From: a virus
Lineage: Duplodnaviria > Caudoviricetes
Direction: 5' to 3' (one strand)
Length of the DNA: 26,907 bases
Virus record (IMG/VR): IMGVR_UViG_3300024246_000012
Location: 1-26,907 of that record
Shown here: positions 17,856 to 24,671 of the stretch, piece by piece
Numbering within the stretch: position 1 is the stretch's first letter
Layout of the letters: each line of letters opens with the position of its first letter
Notes under the pieces: model-generated
Told to the model about the DNA's origin: nothing
The model's database searches: none
The model's input: only the letters and a program-made list of their open reading frames with translations
Position numbers and translations under genes: made by a program

Positions 17856-18254
17856 TTAATCCTCGTCTATACCGAGCAGTCTGTTCATTTCGTCCACCTG
17901 CGCCGCCACTTCGGCCTCGCGGGCGATGGTGTGCTCGGCGCAGAGCGTCAGGTACCAGCCGCCGGGACGGCGCAGCGCACCCGGCTTGCCGCACCGCTCG
18001 CAGGTAGTGTAAGACTCCTGCTCGAAGGGGTCCGTCACCGCGCCGCCGACGCCCACCAGATAAAGCCGAAGGCCGCCGAATTTCTCCTTGACCTGCGTCA
18101 CCCGGTAGTCCGGGTTGGACTCCAGCGCTGCCGCGTGAGCGCGCTCCAGGATGTCGCGCCAGCCTCCCCCGACGTCCCCGTAGTGCTCGGGGATTTGGTC
18201 GCGCAGGGGGCCGAGGCCGCGTTCCGGGTCGAGCCCGGGGATCACCTCCTGCAT
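17856..18254 (-). CDS. Conserved phage protein with QVKEKFGGLR motif and Zn ribbon
   Basis: GAGGAG RBS and ATG at 18254; 'QVKEKFGGLRLY...CERCG...TLC..H'. Confidence 0.8.
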   Translation of the reverse strand: MQEVIPGLDPERGLGPLRDQIPEHYGDVGGGWRDILERAHAAALESNPDYRVTQVKEKFGGLRLYLVGVGGAVTDPFEQESYTTCERCGKPGALRRPGGWYLTLCAEHTIAREAEVAAQVDEMNRLLGIDED

Positions 18255-18264
18255 GGCTCCTCTT

Positions 18265-18385
18265 CTGCGGCGTATGATCGTTGGGTTTCGCAAGGGCAAG
18301 GGCCACAGCGCGAGCTCGGTAGGCTTCGTGCAGTGTAAGGCTGCGGCGGATGGGGTTTGGGTTTCGCAAGCCGTCTGGCTGCCAG
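18265..18385 (-). ncRNA. TIGR-like array, 3 units, 38-nt period
   Basis: Minus strand reads CCA-gacggcttg-CG-aaac-CCA-aaccccatc-CG ccgcag CCT-tacactgca-CG-aagc-CTA-ccgagctcg-CG ctgtgg CCC-ttgcccttg-CG-aaac-CCA-acgatcata-CG. Confidence 0.8.
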
Positions 18386-18387
18386 CT

Positions 18388-18397
18388 TAACGTAGCA
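18388..18397 (-). promoter_or_regulatory. Extended -10-like motif TGCTACGTTA upstream of the array
   Basis: TGn-TACGTT, same family as the other motifs. Confidence 0.55.
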
Positions 18398-18400
18398 TGC

Positions 18401-18757
18401 TTACAGGAGCGGCGTCTCCTTTTTGCGTGCGGGATCCGCCTCGAACAAGCCGCCGCCGTACTCGGGCCGCAGCGGTTCGGGCTTCGGCCTCGCGTCCGCA
18501 TGGGCCTTCTTGCAGGACTGGCACAGCGCTTTCAGATTCGCGTACGACCAGTTCGTGTCCTGATAGTCCAGGAACACGATGGCCAGCGCGGTACGCAGAC
18601 CGGCCCGCAGCGGATGCGCGTGAGGCTCGACGGCGCGGCAACGGTCCTTGTGCTGCCGACACCCGCCGAGGCACTCACAGCGCCGCTGCGCCCGGTCAGC
18701 GATGATCTCCTGGGTGATCCGTCCCTTGTCCGGGGGAATCGCCGGTCGCCTCGCCAT
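18401..18757 (-). CDS. Degenerate HNH-like Zn-binding protein
   Basis: 'RA..RCEC.G.C..H...C' and 'N...NLKALCQSC'; the expected His residues appear substituted. Confidence 0.65.
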   Translation of the reverse strand: MARRPAIPPDKGRITQEIIADRAQRRCECLGGCRQHKDRCRAVEPHAHPLRAGLRTALAIVFLDYQDTNWSYANLKALCQSCKKAHADARPKPEPLRPEYGGGLFEADPARKKETPLL

Positions 18758-19106
18758 GGTCCTCCTCTGTGATGAGGGCCGCCGTTTCGATCGCGGCGAG
18801 CACCTCCTCCACGGTACGCCCCGGCTCGTCGTTCCACTCCGCCACGTCGCCCTCGTCGGCGACTATGGCGAGGGCCGCCTCCAGCGTGGCGGACCTCGGA
18901 TCCTGGTCCCCCTCCTCTGGGGGGAAGGGCGTTCCATAGAACACGAGGTTGAGCGCACCGAACAGGCAGACGGCGCCGCCGGTGTCCACGTCGGTCGAGC
19001 CGTCGCCGTCCACGTACCACCCCTGGCACCATCCGCGCTCGCGGAGAACCTGCGCCGACGCGCGCAGAACCTCAGGCACCGTGGCTTCGAGACTAAGCAT
19101 CGACAT
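18696..19106 (-). CDS. DUF6197-like protein
   Basis: 'RGWCQG...VCLFGAL...WNDEPGRTVEEVLA' signature. Confidence 0.7.
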   Translation of the reverse strand: MSMLSLEATVPEVLRASAQVLRERGWCQGWYVDGDGSTDVDTGGAVCLFGALNLVFYGTPFPPEEGDQDPRSATLEAALAIVADEGDVAEWNDEPGRTVEEVLAAIETAALITEEDHGEATGDSPGQGTDHPGDHR

Positions 19107-19989
19107 CCCCCTTGCTCTCGTGCAGGCGCTTACCTTCCAGCCAGAGATCCAGCAGGATCTCCTTGGAGACGAGCCTCATCGCGCGCCCGTGCTTGTGACC
19201 CGGCGACAGCGGGCTGCCAACCAACGCGGGTTTGCCCGACGGCCCGCAGCGCTTGCACTCGGTGCGGTGCACAGACTCCGCGTACTTGGCGCGGGCCGCG
19301 TCGTACACCAGCCGGTACGGCGAACAGGCGCAGCCGGGCTTGTGGGTGACGGTGCCGTCCTCGTTCTTGCAGGGGGCCTTCAGCTGCTTGAGGCAGGCCT
19401 CCGCGATGAGGAAGGTGCGCATCTTCGCGCCGTCGGACCAGTTGGACTTGTGCCCCTTGCGCCGGTGCGGCGCGATGCCCAGGTCTCCGGGCGGCAGCCC
19501 CTGGTCGCGCGGGACGATCTCGTGCGTGCCCGGGTCCACGCGCCACACTCCATAGCCCGCGAACGACCACAGCTCGGAGGGCAGGCGCGGCCGGTTGTGC
19601 AGCGGGTGCCAGTACGGGTCCCCGAGCGCGGCAAGCAGCCGCCCGCCCTGCTTCGCGCCGATGCCCTTGGTCTTGGCGACCCAGGGGCCCAGGGGGTGCT
19701 CCTTGACGGCCTTCTCCAGCGAGACGACGGAAACCCGTTCCGCCTCGACGAGCATCTGGACGAGGGCGCTGAGGCGGGCGACGGCCGGGTGGCCCTCGTC
19801 GAGCCCGAAGCCGCGCATCTCGCCGTCCTCGTCGGGCTCGTTGCGGGTGAACTGCCGCAGCCGGTTCTCGGCGGCGATGCGGACCTTCTCGACGTCGCTG
19901 AGGATGTCGGCGAGGACCGCGAGGATGGCGTCCTCGGGGGAGCGCGGGACAACGGTGACGACGATCGGTGGTGCGGTGTCAATGCTCAT
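19093..19989 (-). CDS. IS110/Nop-domain RNA-binding protein without RuvC (TasA-like)
   Basis: Coiled coil 'EKVRIAAENRL', HhH 'KGIGAKQGGRLLAALGD', 'LWSFAGY', 'RRKGHKSNW', 'YRLVYD', 'H.HGRAMRLVSKEILLDLW'. No N-terminal DEDD domain; arrays lie on both sides. Confidence 0.8.
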   Translation of the reverse strand: MSIDTAPPIVVTVVPRSPEDAILAVLADILSDVEKVRIAAENRLRQFTRNEPDEDGEMRGFGLDEGHPAVARLSALVQMLVEAERVSVVSLEKAVKEHPLGPWVAKTKGIGAKQGGRLLAALGDPYWHPLHNRPRLPSELWSFAGYGVWRVDPGTHEIVPRDQGLPPGDLGIAPHRRKGHKSNWSDGAKMRTFLIAEACLKQLKAPCKNEDGTVTHKPGCACSPYRLVYDAARAKYAESVHRTECKRCGPSGKPALVGSPLSPGHKHGRAMRLVSKEILLDLWLEGKRLHESKGDVDA

Positions 19990-20012
19990 GCAAATCCTCC
20001 CTGGATTTCGTC

Positions 20013-20158
20013 ATGCGGCGCGTACGCTTTGAGGTTCGTCCGTGTGATGGCCGCATTGGTTGATGGATGCCGGTGTGGATGGGACGGCGTCCGCGACATG
20101 GGTGACGTGCGAATCGGGGCCGCGCACCCTACTTGGGGTTCGTGGAGGGCATGGCGCC
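20013..20158 (-). ncRNA. TIGR-like array, 4 units (one degenerate), ~35-nt period, directly upstream of the TasA-like gene
   Basis: Minus strand units: CCA-tgccctcca-CG-aacc-CCA-agtagggtg-CG; CCC-cgattcgca-CG-tcac-CCA-tgtcgcgga-CG; a degenerate unit at ~20053-20084; CCA-tcacacgga-CG-aacc-TCA-aagcgtacg-CG. Confidence 0.75.
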
Positions 20159-20725
20159 CTAGAACTCGTCGTCCTCCGGGTCCGGGACGCTGCCGCTTCC
20201 GTCGGGCAGCGGGCCCAGCACGTCCATCAGGACCTCCTTGGGCAGCTGGCCCAGCGTAGCGCCGCGCTCCCACCGGCTGAGCAGGTCGCGCAGCTTCTCG
20301 TAGCGCTGCGCCTTGACCACCATCAGGTCGGCGCGCAGGCGCAGCTTCCCTGAGAGGTAGTCCAGGTCTTCCCATGTGCAGTCGGCCAGGCGCTTGTAGC
20401 CGTTGCTGGTCACGACGCGGTCTTCCAGGACTTGGCGCCACCATTCGGTGATGCCGGTGACCTTGGCGGAGCGCACGAGGATGCCGCGCGCGGTGGCGGG
20501 GCTGGTCAGGGCGCGTTCGGCGACGATGCGCTGGCGCACATAGACCGGGAGCACGAGCTCCAGGACCGCCGGAACCGCCGCCGCCGGGATGCGGTGGAGC
20601 AGTTCTCGCGCGATGTCCGCCGGGTCCGACAGGCCGGTGTCGGCCAGGATGCTGCGGATTGCATTGGGCAGGTCGAAGTGGGGCGCGGCCGGACTTTGGC
20701 CCCGGGTTCCTTGCGCTACGAGCAC
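20159..20725 (-). CDS. Hypothetical helical protein, probably co-transcribed with the array and TasA-like gene
   Basis: GGGAGG RBS and GTG at 20725; 'YKRLADCTWEDL' motif. Confidence 0.75.
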   Translation of the reverse strand: MLVAQGTRGQSPAAPHFDLPNAIRSILADTGLSDPADIARELLHRIPAAAVPAVLELVLPVYVRQRIVAERALTSPATARGILVRSAKVTGITEWWRQVLEDRVVTSNGYKRLADCTWEDLDYLSGKLRLRADLMVVKAQRYEKLRDLLSRWERGATLGQLPKEVLMDVLGPLPDGSGSVPDPEDDEF

Positions 20726-20729
20726 TGTT

Positions 20730-20774
20730 CCTCCCTGGTTGCTTGGACCTAACGTACCACGGCAACCAGGGAGG
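20730..20774 (-). promoter_or_regulatory. RBS-sequestering hairpin with an extended -10 motif in its loop
   Basis: CCTCCCTGGTTGC / GCAACCAGGGAGG inverted repeat; loop contains TGGTACGTTA on the minus strand. Confidence 0.6.
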
Positions 20775-20786
20775 GGCAACTATACG

Positions 20787-21086
20787 TTAGTCCTCGGGCA
20801 GCACGACGGCAAGGATGGCGTGCGGCTGGACCTGGCGGTACGTGCGGCCACCGCGCTCGATCTCCTGGCCGACGTGCTTGTTCACCAGCACCCAGTCGCC
20901 AACGGCAACCTCCGGCTTGGCGAGCGCGCCGTTGTCCAGCGTGCGCCCCGGCCCCACGGCGACCACCAGGGCCTCCGCGAACGGGGAGCCCGCGCTGTCG
21001 GGCACGAACAGACCGCTCGGCCGCTTCTCCGGCGCTGATTCCGGGATCGAGATCAAGATGTTCTCGCCGGTCATACGAAGATCCAT
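20787..21086 (-). CDS. groES: Co-chaperonin GroES (Cpn10) family protein
   Basis: 'SGLFVPDSA...VVAVGPGR...EVAVGDWVL..K..GQEI...ILAVV'. Confidence 0.9.
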   Translation of the reverse strand: MDLRMTGENILISIPESAPEKRPSGLFVPDSAGSPFAEALVVAVGPGRTLDNGALAKPEVAVGDWVLVNKHVGQEIERGGRTYRQVQPHAILAVVLPED

Positions 21087-21123
21087 GTACGCCTCTCTCG
21101 GGATCGGGTTCCGCTACGTTAGC

Positions 21124-21462
21124 CTATTCTTGCGGCGCGAGCGCCAACAGGACTATCTCGGCGATGGCCACCGCGCGCATGTCGGCGGGCATCTCCAACG
21201 CATCTCCCGCGAGGTCTTCCAGGTACTCCCCGACCATCCGCAACAGCGTCGGCGACAGCGCGATCCACTTGGCCAGCGGTTCGCCGGTAAGCTCGCCGAA
21301 GGGGAACGTCTCCGCGATCTGGCTATCGGGCCCACGCTCGATGTACTGGTATAGACCGTGGGAGTCCTCGTCCGGAACCGCGAACCACGGCGTCGGCGGC
21401 AGCCCGTCGAGGCACCCGTCGATCGCCTCGGCCGCTGCGAGGAGCGTTTCGGCCGGGGTCAC
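21124..21462 (-). CDS. Hypothetical protein
   Basis: GTGA overlap with the lsr2 stop; 'PW' and 'WIALSP' motifs common in phage proteins. Confidence 0.7.
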   Translation of the reverse strand: MTPAETLLAAAEAIDGCLDGLPPTPWFAVPDEDSHGLYQYIERGPDSQIAETFPFGELTGEPLAKWIALSPTLLRMVGEYLEDLAGDALEMPADMRAVAIAEIVLLALAPQE

Positions 21463-21791
21463 GCCTGAGCCGCCAGATACTGGTCCTCGACCACGCGGGG
21501 GATCTTGCCGTGGGGGGACACCGGCACGCCGTTGGCCGCGCACCATTCGCGCACCAGCATCGGCACGGTGCGCGGCGCCGCCGTCTTGCGGGTGCGGCGC
21601 GCGGGCGTCGGCTGTGCGGCCGGTGCGGGGGCGGCATCGGTGAAGGGCTCGACAGCGGCGAGGAGGGCCTCCTGGCACTCATAGCACAGGTCCAGCGCGT
21701 AGGCGTGGACGCCTACCGTCAGCGGCACTTCGAAACCTTCGCGATCGTTGTGGAGATCGCAGACCCGTCGCATGACGGTCTCTTTGGACAT
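21459..21791 (-). CDS. lsr2: Lsr2-family nucleoid-associated protein
   Basis: N-terminal 'YALDL' dimerisation region and C-terminal 'VREWCAANGVPVSPHGKIP..V..QY'. Confidence 0.85.
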   Translation of the reverse strand: MSKETVMRRVCDLHNDREGFEVPLTVGVHAYALDLCYECQEALLAAVEPFTDAAPAPAAQPTPARRTRKTAAPRTVPMLVREWCAANGVPVSPHGKIPRVVEDQYLAAQA

Positions 21792-21801
21792 GGGAACTCC
21801 C

Positions 21802-22032
21802 TTACTCCTGTTCTGGGTCGTCGCACAGGCGGGCGTAACCCTCGTCCACAGTACTCAAGGCGTTGCGGACTTCGCGCTTCTGCTCGCGCTTTTCCTCGCG
21901 CGTAGCCATGAAGCTGTCGGCGCGCCACACCCCGCACGTCACCACGAAACCGATGAGGAAGCATGCGGCGAGGACCGCGAGGGCGATGAAAGCGCCCGCG
22001 AGGACGTCGAGGGCTGCGTGCGTTACGTTCAT
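21802..22032 (-). CDS. Small membrane protein
   Basis: GGGAGG RBS; N-terminal TM helix and charged tail. Confidence 0.7.
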   Translation of the reverse strand: MNVTHAALDVLAGAFIALAVLAACFLIGFVVTCGVWRADSFMATREEKREQKREVRNALSTVDEGYARLCDDPEQE

Positions 22033-22077
22033 TTTAAACCTCCCTGGTAGTGCGCGTCCATCCTAGGGGCGGGAGGC

Positions 22078-22485
22078 CTAACGAAGCCAATTCGGCGGCC
22101 GTTCCGGGGCGTAGGCGCCCTCGGCGGTAAGCAGGACATATCCACGGCCGTATATCTTGACCGGAACCTTCTGTGGATCGTCTCCGGCATGCAGGAGGTA
22201 CCCGTCGCGGTACGCCTGGAGGCGGTGGAGTTCGACGCCCCGGAGATGGCATTCACTGCACAGCAGGACCAGGTTGCTGACGCTGCCGATCAGCGGGTCC
22301 CGGCTGCCGCCCATCCGGCGTGGCTTGCGGTGGTGGATCTGGAGGCCTTCGTCGATGAACACACCGCAACGCTCACAGGCGTCGTTCGCCCGACACCCGA
22401 CGGCGATGCGCACATCGGCCGAAGGCCCGGTGTCGCGCGGGACGCGACGGGTCCGGGCCTTCCCCGCCAGGGCGGTGCGTTTCAC
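22078..22485 (-). CDS. HNH endonuclease
   Basis: GTG at 22485 overlapping the upstream stop; 'CERCG...IHHRKPRRMGG...SNLVLLCSECH'. Confidence 0.85.
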   Translation of the reverse strand: MKRTALAGKARTRRVPRDTGPSADVRIAVGCRANDACERCGVFIDEGLQIHHRKPRRMGGSRDPLIGSVSNLVLLCSECHLRGVELHRLQAYRDGYLLHAGDDPQKVPVKIYGRGYVLLTAEGAYAPERPPNWLR

Positions 22486-22874
22486 GTGGCGGGCAGGCCC
22501 TCGGCCAGCCGTGCCTCGTTGAGCAGGCGCCGATAGATCTCGGGATACTTCTCCCGCAGCGCGCGGTCGGCGTTGCGCGTCGCGCGGGTGACCGCGCTGC
22601 GCAGTTCGGCGGTCTCGGGGTCCTGGAGGTGGCCGCGCACCCGCTTCGCCTCGTTGGCCAGGTATGCCTCGCCCTCGGCGACGAGTCGCTCCTGGCGGCG
22701 CAGCCTTGAGAACTTCTTGTGGCATTCCTTGCACCAGCTCATGCGCCTGCGCTCGTTGTCCGGCGCGTCCTTGCGCTTGCGGCCGAGGTAGAAGTCAGTC
22801 AGGAGCTTGACTTCGTGGCACCGGGTGCACTCTTTCAGGCCGGGCGCCAGTGGCGGCGCGTCGATAGTTTCCAT
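22482..22874 (-). CDS. Zn-finger protein (CxxC...CxxC) with helical tail
   Basis: 'KECTRCHEVK..TDFY...SWCKEC'; AAGGAG RBS. Confidence 0.75.
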   Translation of the reverse strand: METIDAPPLAPGLKECTRCHEVKLLTDFYLGRKRKDAPDNERRRMSWCKECHKKFSRLRRQERLVAEGEAYLANEAKRVRGHLQDPETAELRSAVTRATRNADRALREKYPEIYRRLLNEARLAEGLPAT

Positions 22875-22899
22875 GGGGACTCCTTGCTGTCACTCGCGG

Positions 22900-22910
22900 C
22901 TAGCGTATCA
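22900..22910 (-). promoter_or_regulatory. Extended -10-like motif GTGATACGCTA
   Basis: Identical to 2072-2082; overlaps the inverted repeat CGCGGCTA/TAGCCGCG. Confidence 0.55.
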
Positions 22911-22956
22911 CGTACGATCTTGGTGCACCATAGCCGCGTAACAGGCGCAGTCTCCC

Positions 22957-24264
22957 CTATCCTGCATCCCTCGCCATATCCGCAAAACGGGCATAGTGCC
23001 CCTGGAAGGCCACGGCCACCGGATCGCACCGCCCGTCGCGCTGCTTGGCGATGATCAAATCCGCCTCGCCCTGGCGATCCTCCCTGTCGCGCGTCTCCGG
23101 CCGGTCGATCAAGATCACGTTAGTCGCCGCCTGCTCCACCTTCGTGGAGCCCCCGATGTCGGAGAGCACCGGTACGCCACCGGCCCTGCGGGTGGACTCC
23201 CGGTTGAGCTGGGCCAGAACCAGCAGGCGCACCCCGAGGCGCCTGCCCAGCTTCTTGAGGCCATAGATGTTGCGCCCCACCGCCTGTTCTTCGGCCGTCA
23301 CCCCGGCGGGCCACTCCATCAGCTGGAGGAAGTCGATGATCCCCAGCTGTACGCCCTTGCGCACACCCTCGCGCAAGTGCCGCGCGATATCGGCCAGACC
23401 CATCGAGCTCTCGTCGATGATTTGCAGCGGGGCCTGCGCGATCCTCGGGTGCACCTGGGCGATCTTGTGCCACTCCAGCTCGCCGAGCGGGGTCTCGCGC
23501 GGATTCGTCAGCCGGTCCAGCCACACCCCGGCCTCGGCAGCGACCAGGCGGCGCGTGTACTGCTCGGCGCTCATCTCCAGGGTAAATAGCAGGGTACCGA
23601 CGCCGTTGAGCGTGTTCGCGCGGATGAAGTTCACCGCCGCGATCGACTTGCCCTGGCTCGCCCTGGCCGCCACCACGTCCAAGCCGTCCTTCGGGATGCC
23701 CTTGTATACCTCGTCGAGATCGGCCAGGCCGCTGCGCATCCCCGGCTCCTGCGTGGGGTTCTCGGCCTCTTCCAGGACGCGCTCCAACACGTCGTCAATC
23801 GCGTGCCAGGAGGTGTCCCGGGAAGCGGCCACGCCGTCCAGTTCGGTGTACGCGGCGGCCAGCAGCGCCTCGGTGTCCTCGGTCGTCGCGCTCTGCGCCA
23901 TCTGGTTGATCCTGGCCGCGACGCCCTGGAACCTGCGCAGCAGCGCCACTTTCGCCACGATGTCGGCGTGGTACGCGGCAGCGGCGGCCGTCGGCACGCA
24001 GGCCATCAGCGTGTGCAGGTACGGCGCACCGCCGATCTTCATCAGCTCGCCGCGCTTGGCCAGTTCCGCGCCGACGGTGACCGCGTCCGCCGGGACGCCC
24101 TCGGAGTACAGCGCGACGATGCAGTCGAAGATCGCCTCGTGCGCGGGCTGGTAGAAGTCCTCCCCGCGCAGCCCGCCTTCCAGCACCTGCGCGATGGCGC
24201 TGGAGGCCAGCAGCATGCCCCCCAGGACGCTCTGCTCAGCCGCCTGGTCGAACGTTCCAGTCAA
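22957..24264 (-). CDS. dnaB: Replicative DNA helicase
   Basis: 'AEQSVLGGML', 'DFY.PAH..IF', Walker A 'ARASQGKS', 'LEMS', 'IDFLQL', 'AQLNRE', 'IIAKQRDG'; TTG start overlaps the upstream stop. Confidence 0.95.
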   Translation of the reverse strand: MTGTFDQAAEQSVLGGMLLASSAIAQVLEGGLRGEDFYQPAHEAIFDCIVALYSEGVPADAVTVGAELAKRGELMKIGGAPYLHTLMACVPTAAAAAYHADIVAKVALLRRFQGVAARINQMAQSATTEDTEALLAAAYTELDGVAASRDTSWHAIDDVLERVLEEAENPTQEPGMRSGLADLDEVYKGIPKDGLDVVAARASQGKSIAAVNFIRANTLNGVGTLLFTLEMSAEQYTRRLVAAEAGVWLDRLTNPRETPLGELEWHKIAQVHPRIAQAPLQIIDESSMGLADIARHLREGVRKGVQLGIIDFLQLMEWPAGVTAEEQAVGRNIYGLKKLGRRLGVRLLVLAQLNRESTRRAGGVPVLSDIGGSTKVEQAATNVILIDRPETRDREDRQGEADLIIAKQRDGRCDPVAVAFQGHYARFADMARDAG

Positions 24265-24671
24265 CGCCCCACGGCCTTCATGGGGCCGTCCAGGCGCGTC
24301 TCCAGGCGCGTGCTTGGGTGCTTCACCAGCAGCCCACGCTTCACCAGCTCCGCGCGCTCGTTGCGGGACTTGATCTCCAGCGCCACCAGCTCGTCGGCCG
24401 GGACGTCCATGGTGAACAGCGCCGGGTCGAAACCGACATCGCCGAAGGCATCCAGCCGCGCCCGCTCCAGGTCGCGCACGCCCTGCACGATGTGCACCGG
24501 CATCAGCCACTCCGTGGAGGTCTGGAAGTGCTTGCGCACAACCGTGGCCGCGTCGGTGGCGTCGGTGTCGGCGAGCATGACGCTCCAGGCGGCGGTCTCC
24601 GCATCGCCTACGTTCCGCCGGTCGATCGCCTGGGCGAAACTGAGCAGTTCGATGACTTCATCGCGGGTCAC
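24261..24671 (-). CDS. Putative helicase loader/inhibitor-like protein
   Basis: Between initiator and dnaB; 'AAW...L.D...A..VV.KH.......MP.HI' pattern. Confidence 0.55.
   Translation of the reverse strand: MTRDEVIELLSFAQAIDRRNVGDAETAAWSVMLADTDATDAATVVRKHFQTSTEWLMPVHIVQGVRDLERARLDAFGDVGFDPALFTMDVPADELVALEIKSRNERAELVKRGLLVKHPSTRLETRLDGPMKAVGR

Noticed and set aside
18265-18385. CRISPR array
   Set aside because: Conserved parts are only 2-9 nt, variable parts are 9 nt, and there are no cas genes in the window.
19093-19989. Active IS110 transposon or decayed transposase pseudogene
   Set aside because: No DEDD domain and no IS context. The ORF is intact with a good RBS, is coupled to its neighbours and has arrays on both sides.
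22895-22938. Hairpin carrying the promoter motif, considered as a guide unit
   Set aside because: The loop does not fit the 9-4-9 spacing.
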